DNA of 64,000 bases, taken from positions 626,711 to 690,710 of the forward strand of contig NZ_JBHRYB010000001.1 in assembly GCF_042648445.1 (NCBI RefSeq). The letters run 5' to 3'. Source of the DNA: Bacterioplanoides pacificum (GTDB taxonomy: Bacteria > Pseudomonadota > Gammaproteobacteria > Pseudomonadales > Oceanobacteraceae). Both the position numbers and the translations under genes were made by a program. The notes beneath the pieces were generated by a model that made no database searches, was not told the origin of the DNA, and saw only the letters and a program-made list of their open reading frames with translations. Shown here piece by piece: positions 42,236 to 51,358 of this stretch (position 1 is its first letter; each line of letters begins with the position of its first letter).

Positions 42236-43858
42236 TTATGGCTCAAAAAAACTGGCTGGCGGTGATTGCATGGTTCTTTCCATACCATCGCGCAGTGATT
42301 CGAGCTTTAACATAACCTTGCGGTTTTGTGCGTTAAGAATATCCGGTGATACCCATTGGCGATCATCAAAACCGCCAATGTAAACTCTTTCCGTTCTGGT
42401 TTCCCCAGACATCAATCCACGTTCACCAAAACCGACGTAGAGGGGTTTTTGGGTTGTAAAAACGGGAGTCCTTCCGTTGTTCAGGTATAGCCTGGCATGA
42501 ACGTAACCACTGCTGAGGGTTTTGTCGCTCTGGTTGCGTACTGTCACTTGTATGTTGGGTTCGATGCGACCAAAAGAGCCTTTCGTATATTGCAGTTTTA
42601 CATCCAGTATTTCTAAGTCGGCGTTACCGATGCCAACACTGTCCCCATTACTGAAGATAGTTTTTAGTTTACTGATATCCGGTAACACTTTTGCGACCTG
42701 GTTTGCTGTCGTGGTATTGGTATCAAGGCCGCTATGTACGCCCAGCTGGTCAAAGCTCGACGATTTGATCGGGACACTCTTCCTCATGCCATCGCTTATG
42801 CCAATCAAATTCAAAATCAGCTGCCGGTCGCTGGCATTCAGAATGTCGGGGGATTTCCAGCGCTCCTCTGAAAATCCACCCATGCTAACGCGGGTAGTAA
42901 CGGTTGAATTAGGCTTCAGGCCATGGTCACCAAAGAAAATGTACAGATTTTCACGGCTTCGCCCTGCGCTGGTATCTACCGCAGGTTCCTTCTGACCCTG
43001 GATATATAAGCGAGCATCCAGTTTGGCGGAACTTAAATACAGTTCTGTTTTGTTATTCACGGTTATTTCAATGAATGGTTCCGTACTTCTGAAGCTACCC
43101 TCACGATAGCTTAAACGAATATCGGTAATTTCAAGATAGTTGTTTGGAATGGCAGTGTGTCGCCCCTGCTGCATGTGTTTACGCCAGGCAGACGTTTCAT
43201 TTTTATCAGTATTTGAAATTGGCTTTGGTATATCTTTCTTATCAGCAACCTCAATATTTTTTTCAGTAACTTTCGCTGAAGACTTTGGTTCATGCTTAGT
43301 GGTTTGCGATGCAGACGATGGTTTGGGTTGTGGCTTCTGTAGTGCAGCCCGAACCTCTGTATTTTGTTGCCCCAGTTCAGAAACAAGCTTAATAGTCTTC
43401 GTGCCTTCTGGAATTACGAGGGGTTGTACATGTTTAGTTGGCTTTTGATTAATAAGCCATTGATACCCCATATAGAGAACAAGCATGACCATCACCCAGC
43501 GCCAGAACCGCCGACGAGGTTTTGCGGCTGGTATCGGCTTCAAGCCAGAAGCAGGGTCTTGCTGCATTGTTTTAGCACGCTGCATTGTCTGATCAGTCAC
43601 CAACTCTTCCAACTGAGCAACGGCCTTTCTTGCAGTATCCAGAAAAATTTCAGGCTCGCTCAATTCAAAATCATGTTCATGCATCATCTTGTTACGAATC
43701 GTGGCGACATAGCGCAACTTTTTAAGCAACGGCGCTGGAATATAGCGCTCGGCATGTGACAACTTTTCATGCATACCACGCCCTTCGGCCTTGAAGTGCG
43801 TTTCCAGAATATGCTCGGCCTTTTTGGTGTGGTTAATAACCTGTTCGATGATGCTCAT
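42236..43858 (-). CDS. membrane protein with N-terminal DUF4145 (HEPN/Swt1-like) domain, one TM helix and two periplasmic ~150-aa tandem repeats
   Basis: …LRYVATIRNKMMHEHDFELSEPE… is DUF4145-like. TM helix FWRWVMVMLVLYMGYQWLI. The two repeats are YLEITDIRLSYREGSFRSTEPFIEITV…GGFSEERWKSPDILNA and DLEILDVKLQYTKGSFGRIEPNIQVTV…GGFDDRQWVSPDILNA. Confidence 0.5.
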   Translation of the reverse strand: MSIIEQVINHTKKAEHILETHFKAEGRGMHEKLSHAERYIPAPLLKKLRYVATIRNKMMHEHDFELSEPEIFLDTARKAVAQLEELVTDQTMQRAKTMQQDPASGLKPIPAAKPRRRFWRWVMVMLVLYMGYQWLINQKPTKHVQPLVIPEGTKTIKLVSELGQQNTEVRAALQKPQPKPSSASQTTKHEPKSSAKVTEKNIEVADKKDIPKPISNTDKNETSAWRKHMQQGRHTAIPNNYLEITDIRLSYREGSFRSTEPFIEITVNNKTELYLSSAKLDARLYIQGQKEPAVDTSAGRSRENLYIFFGDHGLKPNSTVTTRVSMGGFSEERWKSPDILNASDRQLILNLIGISDGMRKSVPIKSSSFDQLGVHSGLDTNTTTANQVAKVLPDISKLKTIFSNGDSVGIGNADLEILDVKLQYTKGSFGRIEPNIQVTVRNQSDKTLSSGYVHARLYLNNGRTPVFTTQKPLYVGFGERGLMSGETRTERVYIGGFDDRQWVSPDILNAQNRKVMLKLESLRDGMERTMQSPPASFFEP

Positions 43859-43960
43859 AGTCTGTTTCCGTACATAACCAGCGCACTCCTGCGCTGGATT
43901 CTTGTGGTTGCCTTGTATTTAACAGTCAGTGTCGTGTGTTGGTTGAATTGGGTTCATTGC

Positions 43961-45850
43961 TCAGTTCAGCGCTTGCTCGATGATGGCGTCGGTGAGGTTT
44001 AGCTGGGTTTCGCTCGCCTGCTGCAGGCGGTCTTTCAGCTGGTCACAGAGGGCGAATAGCTCGCCGACTTTGGCGATGACATTGGTTTGTTCAATTTCAG
44101 ACGGGAAAGGGCAGAGTAAATTTTCTAGTTTTCCCTGGTAAATTGCCCAGACGTTGGTGGTTCCGGATTTTATTTTATCAAGTTCATACTTTCCCGATAT
44201 GCTTCGCATCCAAATATCAATAAAATAAGATGTTGCTGGTTTTGAGAACTTAGCGCGTAGAATATTATTGTTATATAGTATTTTTATATTTTTTTTATTT
44301 TCAAAAACACATGTTTTTCCTACAAGCTCTTTGCTGTTTCTTGTATTGAATAAGAAATCACCAGAACTCAAATGGAATTTTAGTGCTTCTTCTTCTGTTG
44401 CATCCACATTCGTGATTTCTGCAATGTCGAAACCTCCAGTATTTAATATGTTATTCATTTTGAAATAGGGGTACTTCAAGTCGGGTGACTGACTATTTTT
44501 CCCCTTATCTATTCCCACGTGATGTTCAAGTGATAGTGTTCCGAATCTCACCCACTCCCACCCCTCTGGCAGTCCAAACGGTTTCTCTTCGTCACTCACC
44601 GGCGGCAGTTTTTTCGGCTTTTTGATTTTGCCTTCTTTCACCAGTCGGGCTTTTTCGGCGTCGATGCGTTTTAGCAGTTCTGACGCGGGTTCATCCTCTG
44701 GGTTTTGTTGCACCAGTTTACCCATAACGGCGAGTTGGAGGATGGTGTCTTTCAGGCGGTCGATGGCCCAGGCGCCCATGGGGCCGGAGAACAGCAGGTC
44801 GAAGTGTTGGGCGAGGCGTTGCCAGTTATCGCTGAGTTCTTGGGCGTTAGCTGACTCTGTCAGCGTTGCCAGCAGGGTGTCGGTTAGTTGCTGGTGGGCG
44901 GTGAGCTGGTGTTCGCTCTGTTGCTCCAGCTGGTCGCAGAGGGCCATCAGTTCATCGACTTTGGCGACGATACGTTGTTGTTCGGCGAGAGGGGGGAGCG
45001 GAATGCATATATTCCCCCATTTGCCTTTATTCAATATCGAAATGGTAGTGCTTGATGAATTACTCCACGCCATCTCTTGAAAGTATGAACTGCTCAGAGC
45101 TGCGAGCAGATATTCTTCCATAGGCAAGAAGGGGGTTATGGAATTGATCTGTTGATTGAAGCTACAGCGTTCGCGAGATATTGCGCACTTGCCAATAGTC
45201 CCAATACATACCATCAGTAAGGAACCTTTCGGCACCTCTCGACCTAAAGCATTTAGACCCGATTCAGATAGAAACTCGCTAGAGTTCTTCAGTATTCCTT
45301 GGTCAATGTCGCCTGGCTTCACGAATGGGATGTTGCCAGTGAAATATTCTGCCTTTCCTTTCGCTGGTGTCCCCCCTGTTTGGGTATTTCCCAAATTCCC
45401 CAGCCTTACCCATTCCCATCCCTCAGGCAGCTCAAAAGGCTTTTCGTCGTCATTCACCGGCGGCAGCGGCTTCTGCTTTTTCAGCTTACCGTCTTTGACC
45501 AGCTGCGCTTTTTCCGTCTCGATGCGCTGCAGTAACTCTGCAGCCGGTTCGTCATCCGGGTTTTGTGGTACCAGTTTGCCGCGTACGGCCAGCTCTAAAA
45601 TCAGCTCACGCAGTTTTTTGATGCCGGTGAGTTCGAGCTTGCTGCTTTTCCCGGAACCACGGCCGCGCCCAGCGGTGGATTTGGGTGTGACGGTGCTGGT
45701 CCAGAGGTCGAGGTGTTCTGTGACCAGTTGCTGGGGGGGTCGTTGCTCTTTACCCGCCGCAGGCGCTTGGCTGTCCGAACGCTCTGGTGGATTTTGACCA
45801 GCTATCTCTGCTTGGTAGCGCGCTGCGCCTTCGTTGATCTGGTTGCTCAT
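43961..45850 (-). CDS. hsdS: type I restriction-modification specificity subunit HsdS (long form, two TRDs)
   Basis: Conserved HsdS spacer regions occur twice (…KPFELPEGWEWVRLGNL… / …KPFGLPEGWEWVRFGTL…), each followed by a target-recognition domain. Start overlaps the hsdM stop by 4 nt. Confidence 0.85.
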   Translation of the reverse strand: MSNQINEGAARYQAEIAGQNPPERSDSQAPAAGKEQRPPQQLVTEHLDLWTSTVTPKSTAGRGRGSGKSSKLELTGIKKLRELILELAVRGKLVPQNPDDEPAAELLQRIETEKAQLVKDGKLKKQKPLPPVNDDEKPFELPEGWEWVRLGNLGNTQTGGTPAKGKAEYFTGNIPFVKPGDIDQGILKNSSEFLSESGLNALGREVPKGSLLMVCIGTIGKCAISRERCSFNQQINSITPFLPMEEYLLAALSSSYFQEMAWSNSSSTTISILNKGKWGNICIPLPPLAEQQRIVAKVDELMALCDQLEQQSEHQLTAHQQLTDTLLATLTESANAQELSDNWQRLAQHFDLLFSGPMGAWAIDRLKDTILQLAVMGKLVQQNPEDEPASELLKRIDAEKARLVKEGKIKKPKKLPPVSDEEKPFGLPEGWEWVRFGTLSLEHHVGIDKGKNSQSPDLKYPYFKMNNILNTGGFDIAEITNVDATEEEALKFHLSSGDFLFNTRNSKELVGKTCVFENKKNIKILYNNNILRAKFSKPATSYFIDIWMRSISGKYELDKIKSGTTNVWAIYQGKLENLLCPFPSEIEQTNVIAKVGELFALCDQLKDRLQQASETQLNLTDAIIEQALN

Positions 45851-47331
45851 TTGGCGGTTTCTCCGCCTTTTTCGCCCGTGAGAGCAGCAGCCAGTATGCC
45901 TTTGAGCTGGTCGCGCAGTTTCTGGATGTCGTTCTGCTGGTCGGCGTATTGGGCCAGCAGTTCGTCCGGGTCGTGGCTGATTTGCTCTCCGACGTGTGGG
46001 TTTTTGATATCCAGGTTGTAGTTGCGCGCCTGAATATCGCTAAGGCTCACTTTCCAGGCTTGTTCGTTTTCTACACGTTTGGCAAAGCCGTCGGCTTCGT
46101 TGCCCCACCAGTCGATTTCGGTGGCGAATTCGTCAAAGCGCATGGGTTTGGTTTTGCTGTAGCTTTTGTAGCCTTCCGGGTACGGGTGTTCGTAGTACCA
46201 GATGTTCTCGGTCGGTTGGCCTTTGGTGAAGAACAGCAGGTTGGTTTTGATGCCGGTGTATGGGTTAAACACGCCGTTGGGCAGGCGCACGATGGTGTGC
46301 AGGTTGCAGTCATTGAGCAGGCGTTCTTTTAAGCGGGTTTTCATGCCTTCGCCGAACAGAAAGCCATCGGGCAGTACCACGGCGGCGCGGCCACCGTCTT
46401 TCAGCAGGCGGATAAACAGGGCCATAAAGAGGTCGGCGGTTTCGCGGGTGCGGAACTCGGCCGGGAAGTTGTTTTCAATGCCGTCTTCTTCGGTGCCACC
46501 AAACGGCGGGTTAGCCACAATAACGTCGACACGCTCTTTTGGCCCCCAGTCGCGGTAAGGGCGGTTGAGGGTGTTGTCGTGGCGAATCTGATCAGGCGTT
46601 TCGATGCCGTGCAGAATCATGTTGGTGGTGGCCAGCAGGTGCGGCAGTGGCTTTTTCTCAACGCCGTGTATGGTCTGCTGCAGGACTTTTTCGTCTGTTG
46701 GTGACTGCACGTAGCGTTTGCGCTTGTGCTCGATGGTGCAGGTTAAAAAGCCGCCGGTGCCGCAGGCTGGGTCCATCACGCTATCTTCGAGTTTTGGATC
46801 GACGCGGTCGACCATAAATTCGGTGACGGCACGGGGTGTATAAAACTCGCCTGAGTTACCAGCACTTTGCAGGTCTTTCAGAATCTGTTCGTACATGTCG
46901 CCGAAGGCGTGACGCTGCTGCGATTTGTTGAAGTCGATACCTTCCTGAATTTTGTTGATGACCTGACGGATCAGCTGACCAGATTTCATGTAGTTGTAGG
47001 CGTCTTCGAAGACGCTGCGAATCACGGCGGCGCGTTTGTCGCCAGCGATTTCGAGGTTCTGCAGGCCAGGGAAGAGTGTGGCGTCGATAAAGTTTTTCAG
47101 TTCGTCGCCGGTAATGCCTTCCGGGTTAGCTGCCCAGTTACGCCAGCGCATAGCGGTCGGTATCGGGCTTTTGTAATTGTCGTCAAAGAGTTCCCACTCT
47201 TGTTCGCGGTCGTCGTAGATTTTGAGAAACAGCATCCAGACTAGCTGGCCGATGCGCTGGGCGTCGCCGTCGACGCCGACGTCTTTGCGCATGATGTCTT
47301 GGATGGATTTGATTACGGTGCTGATGCTCAT
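45847..47331 (-). CDS. hsdM: type I R-M DNA methyltransferase HsdM
   Basis: N6-adenine MTase motifs: ANPPFG (motif IV) and the SAM-binding DPACGTGGFL. Confidence 0.9.
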   Translation of the reverse strand: MSISTVIKSIQDIMRKDVGVDGDAQRIGQLVWMLFLKIYDDREQEWELFDDNYKSPIPTAMRWRNWAANPEGITGDELKNFIDATLFPGLQNLEIAGDKRAAVIRSVFEDAYNYMKSGQLIRQVINKIQEGIDFNKSQQRHAFGDMYEQILKDLQSAGNSGEFYTPRAVTEFMVDRVDPKLEDSVMDPACGTGGFLTCTIEHKRKRYVQSPTDEKVLQQTIHGVEKKPLPHLLATTNMILHGIETPDQIRHDNTLNRPYRDWGPKERVDVIVANPPFGGTEEDGIENNFPAEFRTRETADLFMALFIRLLKDGGRAAVVLPDGFLFGEGMKTRLKERLLNDCNLHTIVRLPNGVFNPYTGIKTNLLFFTKGQPTENIWYYEHPYPEGYKSYSKTKPMRFDEFATEIDWWGNEADGFAKRVENEQAWKVSLSDIQARNYNLDIKNPHVGEQISHDPDELLAQYADQQNDIQKLRDQLKGILAAALTGEKGGETAK

Positions 47332-47352
47332 GGGGAGGTTCTACCTTCTGTG

Positions 47353-47423
47353 GTCGCGGGCATGGCCCGCTCCTACGTGTTATCTGTTGTGTTTTTGTTC
47401 GCGGGCATGGCCGCACCTACGTT
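47353..47423. repeat. two REP-like palindromic elements
   Basis: The perfect palindrome gcgggcATGgcccgc, plus a degenerate second copy ~45 bp downstream, in the hsdR-hsdM intergenic region. Confidence 0.55.
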
Positions 47424-47453
47424 ATGCCAGGGTGGTGGCAGAAAGCCGGTAGT

Positions 47454-49952
47454 TTAACCGGCTTCGTCGTTGTAGAGGGTATTTTCCAGTTCACGCAGTG
47501 CTTGTTCGTAGCCACTTTTGTCGCCGAAGGCGTTGATCAGCTCCATGCCGGTTCCCAGTTTGTCGAATGGGGGAAGCTGCAGAATCTTGATGTCTTCGAT
47601 GCTCTGTACGCCGGTGTCGGCGTATTTATCAAGCAGGGTGTCGAGTACGGTTTGCGCCTGCTTACTGTAGCGGTCGAAGATGTTACGCCGGCGTTTGGCT
47701 TGTACGGCGCGCTGCTTGCGGGTGAGGGCTGGCTGGTCGTATACGATGTGGGTAATCACATCGAAGGGGTCGGGTTCGTCGCCGAGTTTGCCTTTAAGGT
47801 CGTCGATCAGGTCGTCCCAGGAAACGCCCTGGGCGGTCAGTTCGTCGATAACCGCTTGTTTGCGTTCGGCTTCGTTCCAGCGTTTGAGGAAATCGCTGAG
47901 GGTGGCGTAATGGCCCTGCACCGACTTGCGGGTGAAGTCGGTGAGGTTTTCGGTAATGAGTTTGCCATCGCTGTCGAGATGCTGAATGCGCTGGTCGATG
48001 ATGCTGAACTCGACGTCGCCAATGCGGAATTTTTTCTTCGGCTCGCGTGGCTCGTCACCGGGTTCCCAGGGGCCTGTTCCGGTATCTGCGCCACTATTGC
48101 CCGATGAGGTGCCGTATTCGCCTTCCGGTTCTTTGATGCCGGTTGGCTGTTCAGTACCGTTTTCGTTTGTCGGGTCGGGCGGCAGAATATCGTCGTTATC
48201 ACTGGGGACGTATATCTGTTCGGGGTCGCCGTCGAATTTTTCATCGGCGAACAGTTCCGTCGCTTTCTTAAAATCGAGAATGGTAAACCACTGCTTGCCG
48301 TAGGCTTCGTCGATACGGGTGCCGCGGCCAATAATCTGTTTAAACTCGGTCATCGACTGTATGCGCTGGTCGAGCACTACCAGTTTGCAGGTTTTGGCAT
48401 CGACGCCGGTGGTCATCAACTTACTGGTACAGGCTATAACCGGATAGGGTTCTTCCGGATCGATAAAGTGGTCGAGTTCGGCTTTGCCTTCTTTGTCGTC
48501 GCCGGTGATGCGCATAACGTACTTACGGTTTTTGGCGACCTGCTCCGGGTTCAGGTTAACCAGTAGCTGGCGCATACGCTCTGCGTGGTCGATGTTTTCG
48601 CAGAAGACGATGGTTTTCTGCATAGGGTCGGTTTTTCGCATGTATTCGGTGATGGTCTGGGCAACCAGCAGGGTACGCTGGTCCATAACGATATTTTTAT
48701 CGAAATCGCGCTGGTTGTAGATGCGGTCGTCGATCAGCTGGCCGCTTTTGTCTTTCTGCCCTTTGTTCGGACGCCAGCCCTGCAGGTCTTTATCGAAATC
48801 GACACGAATAACTTTGTAGGGGGCCAGGTAACCGTCGTCGATGCCCTGTTTCAGTGAGTAGGTGTAAACGGGTTCTCCAAAGTAGTGGATGTTGGATACT
48901 TCTTTGGTTTCTTTGGGCGTGGCGGTGAGGCCGATGTGGGTGGCGCTGTCAAAGTATTCGAGAATTGCCCGCCATGCTGAGTCTTCTGCGGCACTGCCGC
49001 GATGGCACTCGTCGATCACAATCAGATCGAAGAAATCGGGTGAGAACTGTTTGTAGACGTTGCGTTCTTCTTCGGTGCCACTCAGGGCCTGATACAGACC
49101 GAGGTAGATTTCATAGGAGGTGTCTACCTTGTTGACCCGGTCTTTGTCTTTTTTAACGGCGAGTTCGATATCCAGCTTTTTGCCGTTGCGTTCCATACCG
49201 CCACCTCGTGGCGATAGCTTGGCCATGGCGCCAGCGAAGGGTTTGAAGTCGTTGTTCATGGTCTGGTCGACCAGAATGTTGCGGTCGGCCAGGAACAGAA
49301 TGCGTTTCTTCTGTTTCGACTTCCACAAACGCCAGATTATCTGAAAAGCGGTGTAGGTTTTGCCGGTACCGGTGGCCATAACCAGCAGAATACGGTCTTG
49401 CCCTTTGGCGACGGCTTCAATGGTGCGGTTAATGGCCACCATCTGGTAATAGCGCGGCGTTCTGTCGTTGGCGGCTTCGTGATAGGGCTGGCTCATGGCG
49501 GCCTGACCATCCGGGATATCTTTCCAGCGGCAATAGGCTGCCCACAGGGTATCGGGGCCTGGTAATTCGCTCAGAGCAATTTCGGTTTCTACTTGTGGGT
49601 AGATCAGCCCGTGCGGGTCACGGAACAGGAAGCTATCGCCATTACTGCTGATGGCGAAGGGCACGTCCAGCTTTTCGGCATAATCCATCGCTTGCTGCAT
49701 ACCGTCACCAACGCGGTGCTTGTTGTCTTTGGCTTCGATAACGGCAATGGGCTTGGCTTTCTGGTAGCAGAGAACATAGTCGGCCCGGCGTGGGGCCTGG
49801 CGGCTGTGCATTCGGCCACGCACGACGATACGGCCATCGCTGACAGAAAATTCTTCATAGACCTGGGTCTGGATATCCCAGCCAGCGCTGATAATGGCAG
49901 GTGTGATGTACTTGGTGCGGATATCCGTTTCGGTCAGGCTGCGCTTATCCAT
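47454..49952 (-). CDS. hsdR: type I R-M restriction subunit HsdR (helicase/endonuclease)
   Basis: 832 aa. N-terminal PD-(D/E)xK-like region, Walker A MATGTGKTYTA, DEAH-like IVIDECHR, and helicase C motifs (QIIGRGTR). Confidence 0.9.
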   Translation of the reverse strand: MDKRSLTETDIRTKYITPAIISAGWDIQTQVYEEFSVSDGRIVVRGRMHSRQAPRRADYVLCYQKAKPIAVIEAKDNKHRVGDGMQQAMDYAEKLDVPFAISSNGDSFLFRDPHGLIYPQVETEIALSELPGPDTLWAAYCRWKDIPDGQAAMSQPYHEAANDRTPRYYQMVAINRTIEAVAKGQDRILLVMATGTGKTYTAFQIIWRLWKSKQKKRILFLADRNILVDQTMNNDFKPFAGAMAKLSPRGGGMERNGKKLDIELAVKKDKDRVNKVDTSYEIYLGLYQALSGTEEERNVYKQFSPDFFDLIVIDECHRGSAAEDSAWRAILEYFDSATHIGLTATPKETKEVSNIHYFGEPVYTYSLKQGIDDGYLAPYKVIRVDFDKDLQGWRPNKGQKDKSGQLIDDRIYNQRDFDKNIVMDQRTLLVAQTITEYMRKTDPMQKTIVFCENIDHAERMRQLLVNLNPEQVAKNRKYVMRITGDDKEGKAELDHFIDPEEPYPVIACTSKLMTTGVDAKTCKLVVLDQRIQSMTEFKQIIGRGTRIDEAYGKQWFTILDFKKATELFADEKFDGDPEQIYVPSDNDDILPPDPTNENGTEQPTGIKEPEGEYGTSSGNSGADTGTGPWEPGDEPREPKKKFRIGDVEFSIIDQRIQHLDSDGKLITENLTDFTRKSVQGHYATLSDFLKRWNEAERKQAVIDELTAQGVSWDDLIDDLKGKLGDEPDPFDVITHIVYDQPALTRKQRAVQAKRRRNIFDRYSKQAQTVLDTLLDKYADTGVQSIEDIKILQLPPFDKLGTGMELINAFGDKSGYEQALRELENTLYNDEAG

Positions 49953-50145
49953 GCTGATGGGGTCAACTCCGGTCGCTGAGAATTTAGTTAGCAGGAGTGT
50001 ACTGGAGTTTGCCGGTGCGCTGAAGCCTCTGGGCGGGTTGCGCCAGGGGGTGTAAGAATTTTTGACAGGTGGCTGGCCTCCCCAACGGCACCGTATGCGT
50101 TCTGTTCGCCAGAACGGGCGGTGCCCCTTGGTAATCTATAAAGGA

Positions 50146-50279
50146 GTACGCATAGCGGGTAATGCGAGAGTAAAAAGCCGCCGGACTGGTACGCATAGCG
50201 GGTAGTTCAGCATCTTGCTGGTGGAGTGGCCGGTTGTATTGGCCCACATAGCGGGTAGTTTGGTACGCATAGCGGGCAG
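50146..50279. repeat. iteron-like direct repeats (4 copies of ~GTACGCATAGCGGGTAG)
   Basis: Copies at 50146, 50189, 50245 (partial) and 50263. They lie in the intergenic region between the 137-aa gene and the hsdR start. Confidence 0.6.
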
Positions 50280-50287
50280 CGAATTTT

Positions 50288-50701
50288 TTAGTGTTGGTCT
50301 GGTTCTCGGTAAAAACGATACAGTCCACTGGGGGCCTGCGTTTCTTTTACGTCCAGTTTTCCTTTGCATTCATCAATGGCTCGCCATGTTACGGCATACA
50401 GTGAACAGCGGTTTTTACCGCCCTGGCGGGTTTGCTCAATCATGCCGACTTCCTGCAGTTTCTTCAGCGAGCTGTTCAGGGTTCCTTTTGAGTTCCAACC
50501 TTTGTGCTGCAGCTGTGACCAGACGGCATTCAGGTCGCCGTTGTTAAAGCCGGTGAACTGCACGGCAATATCAATCAGGAGTTTTACATCCCAGCCATCC
50601 AATGCGCGATATGCCTCACTGCCGAGTACGCTGTGGGGAATATTCAGAAAGGGCGCATTGCCTTTGCGCCCGTTGGCTTTCGCTCTGCGGTCTTTTGCCA
50701 T
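50288..50701 (-). CDS. hypothetical basic DNA-binding-like protein (possible winged-helix; adjacent to iterons)
   Basis: 137 aa with a basic N-terminus and a wing-like …KLQEVGMIEQTRQGGKNRCSLYAVTW…. Assignment is speculative. Confidence 0.35.
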   Translation of the reverse strand: MAKDRRAKANGRKGNAPFLNIPHSVLGSEAYRALDGWDVKLLIDIAVQFTGFNNGDLNAVWSQLQHKGWNSKGTLNSSLKKLQEVGMIEQTRQGGKNRCSLYAVTWRAIDECKGKLDVKETQAPSGLYRFYREPDQH

Positions 50702-50780
50702 GGTTGGCAGCCTGACGGGTGAGGGTGGAAAACAGGCTGCGGGTTGTTTGCCGGCAGCCGGAAGGTCAGTTCCATGACGG

Positions 50781-51080
50781 TTAATGCGGCAGTAAAAAAT
50801 TCGGGTCGTTGGCGGCCTTCATCAGAAACTCCACGTTTTCGCGCATTCGTGGCGTCAGCGTGTTCAGCACTGTGCTCTGGTCGATCACATGGTAGCGGGC
50901 ATGAGTGCCTCCCACGTGGGGTTCATCCACGGTTTTTATGGCTGCGCCCGCGTTGCGCAGTTCATGTATGACGGTGGACAGACGAGCGTGCTGGTAGTTG
51001 TTGATGGCCTGCCAGCTGGAAATATGCCCCGCCGCCAGCAGATGGGCGATTACGTATTCTTTTTTGCTGAATGACTTCAT
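50781..51080 (-). CDS. small phage-like HTH/winged-helix protein
   Basis: 99 aa, …WQAINNYQHARLSTVIHELRNAGAAIKT… reads as a helix-turn-helix. Overlaps alpA by 4 nt. Confidence 0.4.
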   Translation of the reverse strand: MKSFSKKEYVIAHLLAAGHISSWQAINNYQHARLSTVIHELRNAGAAIKTVDEPHVGGTHARYHVIDQSTVLNTLTPRMRENVEFLMKAANDPNFLLPH

Positions 51081-51334
51081 GCTGCACCTCCCTGCCTACG
51101 GGAAGCGTTGATGCGGCTTTCGATCCAATCATTGATTTCGCTTTCAACCCAGGCAGACGCTCGGGCCCCGAGTTTTACGGATGCAGGGAAGGTACCTTCC
51201 TGAATCATGGCGTGGGCCTGAGAACGGCAGATGCCGACGCGGGGCTGGACGTCTTTCCAGCGCAACAGGCGTGATTGTTGAGTATGGCTGATATTGGTCA
51301 TTGGTTGCCTCCTGTGGGCGTTGTTGGTGACCAA
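51077..51334 (-). CDS. alpA: AlpA-family phage regulatory protein (excisionase-like HTH)
   Basis: …LLRWKDVQPRVGICRSQAHAMIQEGTFPASVKLGARASAWVESEINDWI… is the canonical AlpA signature. Lies downstream of int, as in CP4-57/P4-like elements. Confidence 0.75.
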   Translation of the reverse strand: MVTNNAHRRQPMTNISHTQQSRLLRWKDVQPRVGICRSQAHAMIQEGTFPASVKLGARASAWVESEINDWIESRINASRRQGGAA

Positions 51335-51358
51335 AACAGCTTCATCTGTGAGTTGGTA

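Noticed and set aside
44268-45797. Plus-strand ORFs (66, 152, 213 aa) inside hsdS.
   Set aside because: Ser/Cys-rich low-complexity translations antisense to a strongly supported HsdS.
50146-50279. Considered whether the direct repeats could be a mini CRISPR array.
   Set aside because: Only 4 copies with irregular spacing (18-56 bp); no cas genes and no leader-like structure.
49984-50369. Two ORFs (114 aa, 77 aa) covering the iteron region.
   Set aside because: Their translations contain the repeated peptide PAMRT, which simply mirrors the DNA direct repeats. They are not genes.
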